Positions 1 to 8,299 of a DNA stretch of 56,845 nucleotides are shown here, in pieces. The notes below the pieces were generated by a model. The model saw only the letters and a program-made list of their open reading frames with translations, was not told the DNA's origin and did no database searches. The DNA comes from Rhodospirillales bacterium (GTDB lineage: Bacteria; Pseudomonadota; Alphaproteobacteria; Rhodospirillales; CALINB01), in assembly GCA_040904505.1 (NCBI GenBank), contig JBBDTH010000017.1, forward strand, positions 1-56,845. Reading direction: 5' to 3'. The position numbers and the translations under genes are program-made. Positions within the stretch are counted from its first letter, which is position 1; every line of letters starts with the position of its first letter.

Positions 1-263
1 GCGAGGTTGTAAATCTCGCTCGGTCGGACGTTGCGGATGATCCGCTCGAGGCTGGCCGAGTCCGTCAAGTCGCCGACGTGAAGGGTGAAACTGGCGTTGC
101 TTTTTTCCTGAGTCCGGATCAGGTGATTGATGCGCCCGGTATTCACCTGCGACGCGCTACGCCGGATTCCGTGAACCTCGTAACCCTTTTCCAGCAGGAA
201 TTCGGCCAGGTAGCCGCCGTCCTGGCCGGTGATTCCCGTAATCAGCGCGATTTTTTCCGCCAT
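1..263 (-). CDS. gmd: GDP-mannose 4,6-dehydratase, N-terminal ~87 codons only (gene runs off the left edge)
   Basis: Reverse-strand translation from the CAT at 261-263 reads [38 protein letters not shown]...VGDLTD. This is the Rossmann N-terminus I recognise from Gmd (E. coli: [31 protein letters not shown]). It is absent from the ORF track because it is open-ended. Confidence 0.85.
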   Translation of the reverse strand, partial: MAEKIALITGITGQDGGYLAEFLLEKGYEVHGIRRSASQVNTGRINHLIRTQEKSNASFTLHVGDLTDSASLERIIRNVRPSEIYNL

Positions 264-422
264 CGAGGCCCTCCGTCAATCGTCGGCCCTCTTGTACAGG
301 AAACGGCGAAAAAGGTACATCTTATATGGCCTGTTGCGCGGCCCGCCGTATGGCCTATCGTACGGTTCGAGACGCGCTTGGGTGCCGAATCCGATCCGCT
401 CGTTTGCCGAAGGAGTTCCCCG

Positions 423-1208
423 TTGTCAGATCCCGTTATGTCAGATCCCGTTATCCGACTTACCGACGTTCATAAATATTTCGGCGACAATCACGCGCTG
501 AAAGGCATAACCCTCGACGTCATTCGGGGTGAATCGTTGGTGCTGATCGGGCCGTCGGCGAGCGGCAAGACGCTCCTGCTCAAGACCGTCATGGGGCTGG
601 TCCATCCCGAGCAGGGAAGCATCCTCGTCGACGGCGAGGAAACGGTCGGCCTGAGCGACACCGACCGGATGCGTCTGCTCAACCGCTTCGGCGTGTTGTT
701 CCAGCGTTCGGCCCTGTTCGACAGCTTGACCGTTTGGGAGAACGTCTGTTTCCGGCTGCTGCAGCAAAAGACGATGAGCCGGTCGCAGGCGCGCGAGCTG
801 GCGATCGTGAAACTCGGGGCGGTCGGATTGGCGCCGGAAGACGCGGATCTATTGCCCTCGGAATTGTCGGGCGGCATGCAAAAGCGCGTCGGCATCGCGC
901 GCGCCATCGCGGCCGATCCCGAGATCGTGTTTCTCGACGAGCCGACGGCCGGACTCGATCCAATCATGAGCAACGTCATCAACGACCTGATCCTCCGAAA
1001 CGTTCGGGACTTGGGCGCGACGGCGGTGACGATCAACAGCAACATGGTCGGCGCCAAGCAGGTCGCGGACCGGATCGCCATGCTGCACGAAGGGCGTTTG
1101 GTGTGGCTGGGGCCGACGGAGCAGGCGGACAATTCCGGCAATGCCTATCTCGATCAGTTCATCCATCAACGCGCCGAGGGGCCGATCAAAACGGTCGTGA
1201 CCGTATAA
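423..1208 (+). CDS. ABC transporter ATP-binding protein, MlaF/Ttg2A-like
   Basis: Same frame as ORF 78-1208. Walker A GPSASGKT, signature LSGGMQKRV, Walker B IVFLDEPT. AGGAG at 411-415 lies 7 nt before the in-frame TTG at 423; the first ATG is at 438. The upstream part of the 376-aa ORF does not look like an ABC ATPase. Confidence 0.8.
   Translation: MSDPVMSDPVIRLTDVHKYFGDNHALKGITLDVIRGESLVLIGPSASGKTLLLKTVMGLVHPEQGSILVDGEETVGLSDTDRMRLLNRFGVLFQRSALFDSLTVWENVCFRLLQQKTMSRSQARELAIVKLGAVGLAPEDADLLPSELSGGMQKRVGIARAIAADPEIVFLDEPTAGLDPIMSNVINDLILRNVRDLGATAVTINSNMVGAKQVADRIAMLHEGRLVWLGPTEQADNSGNAYLDQFIHQRAEGPIKTVVTV
425..454 (+). repeat. Perfect 15-bp tandem duplication (gtcagatcccgttat x2) across the ABC ATPase start
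   Basis: Read directly: copies at 425-439 and 440-454 are identical. In frame it encodes SDPV(M) then SDPV(I). Confidence 0.95.
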
Positions 1209-1235
1209 GGGGCGGCGGCGGAATCGGTTGGCGGG

Positions 1236-1592
1236 TTATTGGGTACAGAGTTCCTGCGCGTAAAAATTCGCGATCTTGACGATATCCCCGTAGTCGAGGT
1301 TTTTCGCGACCTCATCCATGATGATGTCGGTGCGGGGCGTGATGTCCTTCAGGTCCTTCACGCCGTGGCCGGCCATTTGAAATCGTTGCAGTTGGCGGAC
1401 GAGATATTTCTTTTTCTGGCAACGTAGATTGGGGATGAGGTCGTTGGCGCTCACGCCGAGCGTGCCGTGGCAGCCCGCGCACCGCTCCTCGGCAAGCGCC
1501 CGGCCCGAGGCGGCCTGCGCGGGAAGCGCCGTCACGCTTGCCCACAGGATCGTCAGGCATAAAACGGCTGTGGACGAAAAGGTTTTTGTCAT
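1236..1592 (-). CDS. Small periplasmic c-type cytochrome (class I-like)
   Basis: 118-aa ORF with a signal-peptide-like N-terminus (LWASVTALPAQA) and a single CxxCH haem motif (CAGCH). Confidence 0.8.
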   Translation of the reverse strand: MTKTFSSTAVLCLTILWASVTALPAQAASGRALAEERCAGCHGTLGVSANDLIPNLRCQKKKYLVRQLQRFQMAGHGVKDLKDITPRTDIIMDEVAKNLDYGDIVKIANFYAQELCTQ

Positions 1593-1647
1593 GAAATCGG
1601 CCCGCCTAGGTGTCGTCGATGGTCGGCTTTTTCGAGTATAGCCGGTT

Positions 1648-2832
1648 TCACGCCCGGATGCATCGCAGCAAGGGCGGCATGCGCGCGGCCCAGGTATGGT
1701 GCGCGCGATAATGGGCCTGCGCGGCCTCGACGATCGTTCGGGCGCGTCCGGGATCGTTCAGGCAGGCCGTGATCTTCTCGGCATTGTCGCCGCGTTGGGC
1801 GCTCAGATGCAGGGCATGCACGCCGTCCTCGAATTCCCGCGCGATGAACGGGTTGGTTTCGGTCGCCATCAGGCAGCCGTCGGCGAGCGCGTAATAAAAC
1901 CGGAACAAGGCGCTCTCCATCAGGTTGATCGTATCGTTCACGGTGATTTTTGCGTTCTTGGAAAGCTCGGTCACGCGCCGGTAGGAAACCGGTTCGTGAA
2001 ACACGCCGTTCGGCTGGGCGCGTTTGAAGGAGTCGTCGAAATTTCCGTAAAAATGAATTTCGAGGTCTTTCAGGGTGGCGAACAGCCGGTGGCGGCGGAC
2101 GGTGCGCGTCCAGGCGTCGATCTCCTCGAGGACGGCGGCGGGATCGGCAACAGCATCCGCGTCGAGGCCGTGGGCCCGGTTCGCTTCATGAAGGCAGTGA
2201 ACGGCGTCGCCCGCGCCGGCGAGGGTGTTTTCGGCCGCGTCGCCGAGCGCCGCGCGCGGGCGCGGATCGATAATGCCGAGCCGGTCGAAGAAAGCGCCGG
2301 GCGCCTCGGCCGTGCCGATCCCGCCGGAGAACATGATGTCGACGGTGCGGTCGAAAAATGCCGGCGCCGTCTCGTCGACCGGCGGTCCGCCGTGCGGAAA
2401 CGGGAATATCCTGTCCGGCGCGATTCCGTGTTCCTCGAGCAGGCCTCGGTGGGAGTCTTCAAGGACACCGAAATAAAAATCGTGTAACCGCTCGAACCGG
2501 CCGGGCGCGAACAGGTCGGCCAACCGGATCGGGCTGTCGAGGCACAGACAGAACACCTTGCAGCTCAACAGGTCGGCGTAATGACGCCCGTTCAACAGGA
2601 ATCCGAGCGGCATGAGATTGAGGGTCAGCAGGAAATCGGGCGGACTGACTATGGCCGCGGCGATGCGCCGGACATCCTCGGGATCGAGCAAATTAACGGG
2701 CCGGCAGGCGGCGCCGGCATCGCTCAGGGCCGCCGCCATGTCGCGCGAGATGACGTGAATGTAACTTTCCTGATCGAGTTCCTGATAGGCGGTGCCCGAT
2801 TGTAGAAAGAGGCCTTCGGGGGTCGATGCCAT
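1648..2832 (-). CDS. Hypothetical protein, possibly a CgeB/DUF3880-like glycosyltransferase-fold protein
   Basis: 394-aa ORF with ordinary amino-acid composition, whereas the overlapping frames are Arg/Pro-rich. The C-terminal half (KITVNDTINLMESALFRFYYALADGCLMATE...FEDG) resembles CgeB-type proteins by eye only. The family call is tentative. Confidence 0.45.
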   Translation of the reverse strand: MASTPEGLFLQSGTAYQELDQESYIHVISRDMAAALSDAGAACRPVNLLDPEDVRRIAAAIVSPPDFLLTLNLMPLGFLLNGRHYADLLSCKVFCLCLDSPIRLADLFAPGRFERLHDFYFGVLEDSHRGLLEEHGIAPDRIFPFPHGGPPVDETAPAFFDRTVDIMFSGGIGTAEAPGAFFDRLGIIDPRPRAALGDAAENTLAGAGDAVHCLHEANRAHGLDADAVADPAAVLEEIDAWTRTVRRHRLFATLKDLEIHFYGNFDDSFKRAQPNGVFHEPVSYRRVTELSKNAKITVNDTINLMESALFRFYYALADGCLMATETNPFIAREFEDGVHALHLSAQRGDNAEKITACLNDPGRARTIVEAAQAHYRAHHTWAARMPPLLRCIRA

Positions 2833-2973
2833 TATGCCGGTTCCCTGCCGCGCGGCGGTTGTGACGGCGAAAAAATCGAGGGTTCGCCGAAGCTTAATCG
2901 TTTTAACCGCTCGCGGCCTAACGGGTTCTTAACCCGCGCCGGGGCTCGTCCGGGCGGCGATTTCCGGGTTTTC

Positions 2974-2991
2974 CCGGTTTCGCGAAACCGG
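2974..2991. promoter_or_regulatory. 18-bp perfect palindrome CCGGTTTCGCGAAACCGG in a divergent intergenic region (candidate operator)
   Basis: Read directly. It lies between the divergent genes starting at 2832 (-) and 3054 (+). The binding factor is unknown. Confidence 0.3.
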
Positions 2992-3053
2992 CCTTCTGTG
3001 GCATGATTCCCGCCCGGGGAACTTAATTACCCGAAAGCCGCAGGGAGTTCGTC

Positions 3054-3437
3054 ATGGCGAAAGCGAAAGCCGACGTATCGGCCATCAAAACCTATCATGC
3101 ACACGTTTATTTCGACGCCGAGTCGAAGCGCAAGGCCTCGGCGTTGCGCGCCAAGGCGAAGAAAAATTTAAGCGATATCAAGATCGGCCGCTGGCATCAT
3201 GAACCGGTCGGGCCTCATCCGTGCCCGATGTATCTGTTTTGGTTTACGGCGGCGCGTTTCGCCGAGGTCGTTCCCTGGCTGGCGCTGAACCGCAACGGTC
3301 TTTCGATCCTGGTGCATCCGCAATTGGACCAGGACGTCGTCGCCGATCATACCGATCACGCCATGTGGCTCGGCAAGCCCTTGAAGTTGCGTCTGCACAA
3401 GTTCACCGGCAAGCCGCCGGAAAAGCGGGGCTTTTAG
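3054..3437 (+). CDS. DOPA 4,5-dioxygenase family protein (bacterial homologue, function unknown)
   Basis: 127-aa ORF with YHAHVYFD, PVGPHP and LVHP...DH...WLG motifs, as in the small DOPA-dioxygenase family. GGAG lies just upstream of the ATG. Confidence 0.7.
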   Translation: MAKAKADVSAIKTYHAHVYFDAESKRKASALRAKAKKNLSDIKIGRWHHEPVGPHPCPMYLFWFTAARFAEVVPWLALNRNGLSILVHPQLDQDVVADHTDHAMWLGKPLKLRLHKFTGKPPEKRGF

Positions 3438-3458
3438 GCGGGCGTCAGGTAGGGGGCG

Positions 3459-5537
3459 TCAGGCGGCGGCGAATTTGAAGTCGACGGCGACGGCCCCGCG
3501 GCCTTCGGGCAATACGATTACCGGATTGAGATCGAACTCGGCGAGGTTCGGATGGTCGGCGGCGAGCCAGGACGCGCGTACGATCAGATCGGCGAGGGCG
3601 GCCCGGTCCAGGACCGGCCCGCCCCGGTATCCGGCGAGCAGCGTGCGCAGCAGGGTGCGTTCGATCAGCGCATCGGCGCCGGCGGCGCTCAACGGCGCGG
3701 GCGCCATGCGGACGTCGCCGAGCAGCTCGACCAGCGTGCCGCCGGCACCGACGGCGATCATCGGTCCGAACGAGGCGTCGCGTTTCATGCCGATCAGGGC
3801 TTCCGTGCCGCCGACGATCATTTCCTGAACCAACACGCCATCGATGCGCGCATCCGGGTGATGGCGTTTGGCGTTCGCGAGGATACGGTCGTAGGCCTCG
3901 TTCAGCGCGGCTTCGGTGTCGACGCCGGTGACGACGCCGCCGATCTCGGTGCGATGGGCGATGTCGGGCGAGGCGATCTTGAGCGCGACGGTGCCGCCGA
4001 GATTTTTTAAAAATTCCACGGCATTTATCCGGTCGGTCGCGAGGGTTTGCTTCGGCACCCGAATCCCGTAGGCGGCGAGCGCCTCGGCTTGGCTTTCGAC
4101 CCGGCCGAGATCGAACGGCGCCTCGACGTCGACCGGGCGTTTCGGTTGCACGCTCACCGCCGCCGTCCGGCAGCGGTCGTCGAACTTCAATTTGAGCGCG
4201 AGGGCATGGGCGGCGCGCGCCGGATCGTTCATCACCGGGAAGGGGGCCGCCTTGAGTTTTTCGTAGGTGTCCGCTTTCGGCGCGACCCAGGAGACCGCGA
4301 ACGGCTTGTCGACCTCGGCGGCGATCTTGGTCAGCTCCTCGACCAGGGTGTCGCCGGCGCGCCAGATCAGATTGACGCACAGAAGTGCCGCGTCGAATGC
4401 GTCCGATTCGAGCATCGCGCGCATGCACTCGGCCATGAGCTCGCCCCGCAAGGAGACGCCGCCGGTCATGTCGAGCGGATTGCCGGGCACGGCATAGGCC
4501 GGCAGCATCTCGGTCAGGCGTTTGTGCAATGCCTCGGGCAACGGCGGCACCGTGATGCCTTGCGCGATCGCCGCATCGGCGGCCATCACGCCCGCGCCGC
4601 CGGAATGAGACAGAATGCCGAGGCGGGTGCCGCGTGCCGTCGGCGTGCGGCTGAAGACCTTGATCACCTCGAGGAGTTCCAGGCTGTCGCGCGCGCGGAT
4701 CACGTTGAAGGAGTCGAACACGCTATTCGCAACCGCGTCCGAGCCGACCAGCGCGCCGGTGTGCGAGCGCGCCGCCGCCGCGCCGACAGCCGACGAGCCG
4801 ACCTTGAGCACGACCACCGGCTTTTTCACCTCGAGCGCGCGTTGCGCGAGTTCGATGAAGCCGGCGCCGTTGCGGATCGTTTCGAGATAGCCGCAGACGA
4901 CGTCGATAGCCGGGTCGTCGAGGGCGGCGCGGGCGAAGTCCGAAAACTCGAGATCGGCTTCGTTGCCGGAGCTGACGAAGGTGCTGAAATGAACGCCGTG
5001 CAGATCCGCGTCGGCGATGAGCGAGGAGCCGAAGGCGCCGCTTTGCGAAATCAGCGCGATGGGGCCGGACTCCAACGTCTCCTTGTCGAAAAACTGCGCC
5101 ATGTTGGCGATCAGCCCGTTCGCGATGTTGACGACGCCGAGCGAATTGGGGCCGATCAGGCGGATATCCTTCGCGCGCGCGATGGCGACCAGGCGGTCCT
5201 GCAAATGGCCGCCTTCCTCGCCCGTCTCGGCGAATCCCGATGTCAGGATGGTGCCCATCTTGACGTGGCCCCGCGGTATGGCTTCGAGGGACTTGACGAT
5301 CAGCGCGGCGGGAATCGCGAACACGGCGAGATCGATCGGCCCGGGTACGGCCTCCAGGGACGGGTAGGCTTTCAGCCCCTGCACGGTCTCGCGCTTCGGA
5401 TTGACGGGAATGATCGTGCCCGCGAAGCCGTGATCGAGCATGAAGCGTAACAGCATGCCGCCGCCCATGCGGGTCGAATCGTCGCTGGCGCCGACGACGG
5501 CGACCGTTCGGGGATTGAAAAGCGCGGAAAGATCCAT
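3459..5537 (-). CDS. Acetate--CoA ligase family protein (NDP/ADP-forming acyl-CoA synthetase, fused alpha/beta)
   Basis: Frame of ORF 3459-5720. The family-typical N-terminus MDLSALFNPRTVAVVGAS (CoA-binding fold) starts at 5537. A C-terminal ATP-grasp-like region is present (VALKIASPDIAHRTEIGGV). About 692 aa fits the family. Confidence 0.85.
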   Translation of the reverse strand: MDLSALFNPRTVAVVGASDDSTRMGGGMLLRFMLDHGFAGTIIPVNPKRETVQGLKAYPSLEAVPGPIDLAVFAIPAALIVKSLEAIPRGHVKMGTILTSGFAETGEEGGHLQDRLVAIARAKDIRLIGPNSLGVVNIANGLIANMAQFFDKETLESGPIALISQSGAFGSSLIADADLHGVHFSTFVSSGNEADLEFSDFARAALDDPAIDVVCGYLETIRNGAGFIELAQRALEVKKPVVVLKVGSSAVGAAAARSHTGALVGSDAVANSVFDSFNVIRARDSLELLEVIKVFSRTPTARGTRLGILSHSGGAGVMAADAAIAQGITVPPLPEALHKRLTEMLPAYAVPGNPLDMTGGVSLRGELMAECMRAMLESDAFDAALLCVNLIWRAGDTLVEELTKIAAEVDKPFAVSWVAPKADTYEKLKAAPFPVMNDPARAAHALALKLKFDDRCRTAAVSVQPKRPVDVEAPFDLGRVESQAEALAAYGIRVPKQTLATDRINAVEFLKNLGGTVALKIASPDIAHRTEIGGVVTGVDTEAALNEAYDRILANAKRHHPDARIDGVLVQEMIVGGTEALIGMKRDASFGPMIAVGAGGTLVELLGDVRMAPAPLSAAGADALIERTLLRTLLAGYRGGPVLDRAALADLIVRASWLAADHPNLAEFDLNPVIVLPEGRGAVAVDFKFAAA

Positions 5538-5863
5538 GGAGTGACGTCGCTTGTGTGGGTTGAACAAGAGCCGCCCGGGCCGGGCGCGGGGTTGCTTCTG
5601 AAAGACAATGGTCAAAAAGTCATAGGCGATCCTGGACCGGACTGTCATCCTTTTTGCAGGCCTTTTACAGGTTTCAGGACGGGCGGAGGTTCGGAAACGC
5701 CGCCCGGAGAAACGGCTCAAAGCCCCGGATTTAAGGCGATTTCGGTCCGGCGGTGGCGCTTGCCCGCCGGTTTTGCTATAATCACGGCGATAAACGATGC
5801 GCGATGGATCCAGAACGGATCGAACGACCGCATGTAGGTCTATATATTTCGGGATCGAGAACG

Positions 5864-6232
5864 ATGCCCCGTCTGAGTAACTGGAAATCCCTCGGGACTG
5901 TCGGTTTTTTTCTGGCGGCGATGATCGCCGCCGCGGTCGTGCCTGTCCAGAGCGCGCAGTACGCGACCTCGAAAAGCCCCTATTGGCGGGTCGGCGACGT
6001 CAACGAAAAACTGTCGTCGCTCTGCCAACGGCGTCTGTTCAATCAGGTTTCCCATCTTCAGTGGCACATCGGCTATATCGGCGGGCCGGGCAAGGGCGTG
6101 ACCGGAATCGCCAAGAAGGGGTGGAACCTATCCGATCCGACGAATGTCGGCGTACCGGGGATCACGTATCACTTCTTCAACGACGGCTATTCGAACTGCA
6201 AGGTCTACACCGCCGGGCAGGCGACACGCTAA
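5864..6232 (+). CDS. Hypothetical secreted/membrane-anchored protein
   Basis: Frame of ORF 5753-6232. The internal start MPRLSNWKSLGTVGFFLAAMIAAAVVPVQSA gives a signal or anchor sequence. I recognise no family. Confidence 0.45.
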   Translation: MPRLSNWKSLGTVGFFLAAMIAAAVVPVQSAQYATSKSPYWRVGDVNEKLSSLCQRRLFNQVSHLQWHIGYIGGPGKGVTGIAKKGWNLSDPTNVGVPGITYHFFNDGYSNCKVYTAGQATR

Positions 6233-6270
6233 ATCATGCGGCTCTGCTCTCTAAGCAGTGCGCGCGGGCG

Positions 6271-8196
6271 TCAGGCCGGTTCTTCCGGCGCGTCGTTTTC
6301 CCATTTCATTTTCGGAATGCCGAGGCCGCCGCGCTTGTCGATCAGGCGTTGCACATGCGACAGGTTTTTCGCCGCGACGGCGGCCATCCGGCCGGCGCCG
6401 CGATCCTCGTAAATTTCCAGGGCTTGCAAAAACGCATCGAGCGCGCCTTCGAGCGCGCCGGGATCGCGCGTCATTTTGCCGAGCATGAACAGGGCGGAAC
6501 CGAGATTGTTCTGCGTCGACGCCCACAAAAGCGGGTTATCCTTCTTGGTCCTGATATCGAGGGTGGCGTGGCAGGCGTTGATCGCCTTCATCAGCACGTC
6601 GGAACTGTGCAACTGTTCGCCGAGAACCAGGGCCGCCTGCGCGAAATTATTCATGACGTCCGCCCACAAGCGCGGCGTTTCGGTGCGGGTGAAAACCTGC
6701 AAGGCGGCTTGGTAGGCATTGAGGGCCTTCTTGAGCGTGTCGGTATCGCCGGTTTGCAGATCAATCTTGTATAAAGCGAACCCGAGGCGGTTTTGCGCCA
6801 TCGCCCACAGCCGGCCGTGGACTGATTTGTCCAAGGCGTTCACGGCGGCGTCGCAGGCATCCATGGCGGATTCGAGCGTCGCGAAATCGTCGGTCCGTTC
6901 GGCGATGGCCAGCAAACAGGCCGCGATGTTGAGTTGGGCGATAGCCCACTCGTACGGGTGTTCCCGGGGGTTCAGGATCGTGATCGCGGATTGATACAGC
7001 GCCGCCGCCTGTTGGTGCAGTTCCGCGTTGTTCCGTTGCGCCGCCAGGTAGGCCAGGGCGTTGCCGAAACATAAATGAACCGAGGCCCGCTCGCGCGAGG
7101 TCATGCCGGTGGGCAGGTTTTGGAGATGCCCCATCGCCTTCTCGGCCGCCGCGGGGAACGCATCGCGTAACGTGATCGCCTTGCCGTTGGTGCGCGGCGA
7201 CGTCGCGGCCAGGCTGATCGCGCGCAGAAGATCGGCGACGGGCCGGTCGAAATCCACCGGCAGATGCAGTTCGGTCTGAAGGCCGAAATATCCGTACCGA
7301 TCCAGTTCGGCCATGACGGCCGGATAAAACCGGAGAACCATGGTCGTGCCCGCAACCGGCGCCTCGCCCCAAATCAACAGGTCCGCCTTGCTTTGTTCGA
7401 GTGCGGCGGCGGCGCGCGCGGATGCTTGCGCGAAGGTGTGTTCCTCGGCGTTCGACGGATCGTACACGATGGCCTCGCCGTGCAGGCGCGCGCGAATATT
7501 GGGCAGTGCCTCGAACGCAGCGACGAGCCGTTGCGTAATGTGCGGCCCGGCGGCGCCGGCCAGGGGAGCGATCCGGATTTCGATCCGGTCGGGCCGTCCG
7601 TCCGTTCCCAACGCCGCGAGTTTGTCGAACAAGCCGGGTTTTCGCGCGGCCCGCAGGGCCGGTGCCATTTTCCCGGCCGGGGTATTGCGCACGAGCCGGT
7701 CGTTGGCTTCGCGCAGGCGTTGCACCAGGCTTTCCATGACGGCCCGGACGAGCTCGGGCCGCGTCTGCAGGGCCTTGAGGAAATTTTCCCGGCCGATGAC
7801 TTGGACCGTCGCCGGGCCCTTGGCGCATGCGGTCGTGCTGCGGTTGCCCCGGTCCAGGACGCCCATTTCGCCGAACATCTCGCCCGGCTTCAAAACCGAC
7901 AGAAGCACCGGGCCGTGCTTACCCCTCTTGGTCAGTTCGACCTGCCCCTTGACGATGATATAGGCCGAGGCGCTGGGGTCTCCCTCGGCGAAAATGGTTT
8001 CGCCGTCGCGGTAAGTGCGTTCGCTGGATTCCAAAAAGCGCCTCGTTTCAGGATCGCGGGGTGGCTCGGCCTTCGATGCCGGTGCATGTTGCCCGGCGGG
8101 GCCGGGGCGGTCAACAGAGGTGAAAGCCGAAAGCCCCGGAAATCCGGGCGTGCCGGCCTTATACCGCGGGCTGCGGGCTTGACAGTTTCGGCGCAA
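6271..8196 (-). CDS. Cyclic-nucleotide-binding domain protein with a long TPR-like C-terminal region
   Basis: 641-aa ORF. A CAP-family cNMP-binding motif (GETIFAEGDPSASAYIIVKGQVEL...GEMFGEMGVL) lies near the N-terminus. The C-terminal ~300 aa carry repeated helical units with a recurring W-x3-QNNLG-like signature: LWAMAQNRLGFAL, LWADVMNNFAQAAL, LWASTQNNLGSAL. No HTH is visible. The start codon is uncertain. Confidence 0.75.
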   Translation of the reverse strand: MRRNCQARSPRYKAGTPGFPGLSAFTSVDRPGPAGQHAPASKAEPPRDPETRRFLESSERTYRDGETIFAEGDPSASAYIIVKGQVELTKRGKHGPVLLSVLKPGEMFGEMGVLDRGNRSTTACAKGPATVQVIGRENFLKALQTRPELVRAVMESLVQRLREANDRLVRNTPAGKMAPALRAARKPGLFDKLAALGTDGRPDRIEIRIAPLAGAAGPHITQRLVAAFEALPNIRARLHGEAIVYDPSNAEEHTFAQASARAAAALEQSKADLLIWGEAPVAGTTMVLRFYPAVMAELDRYGYFGLQTELHLPVDFDRPVADLLRAISLAATSPRTNGKAITLRDAFPAAAEKAMGHLQNLPTGMTSRERASVHLCFGNALAYLAAQRNNAELHQQAAALYQSAITILNPREHPYEWAIAQLNIAACLLAIAERTDDFATLESAMDACDAAVNALDKSVHGRLWAMAQNRLGFALYKIDLQTGDTDTLKKALNAYQAALQVFTRTETPRLWADVMNNFAQAALVLGEQLHSSDVLMKAINACHATLDIRTKKDNPLLWASTQNNLGSALFMLGKMTRDPGALEGALDAFLQALEIYEDRGAGRMAAVAAKNLSHVQRLIDKRGGLGIPKMKWENDAPEEPA

Positions 8197-8299
8197 CCCT
8201 GGAAAGAAGAAACGACAACAGGCGGAACTCCGTCAGGAGTGAGCCCGGAAGGCATAAAACAAGGGCGATAACCATGCGCCGTTACGAAGGGGAGAGACC

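Noticed and set aside
3445-5450. Long ORFs 3445-4428 (-), 3552-4010 (+) and 4047-5450 (+) overlapping the acyl-CoA synthetase gene
   Set aside because: They are off-frame or antisense to a gene with clear family motifs. Their products are Arg/Gly/Ala-rich with no recognisable domains.
5776-5781. TATAAT hexamer upstream of the small secreted-protein gene as a promoter -10
   Set aside because: The nearest TTG-containing -35 candidate (TTGCCC) is only 11 nt away, which is the wrong spacing. It cannot be supported without 5'-end data.
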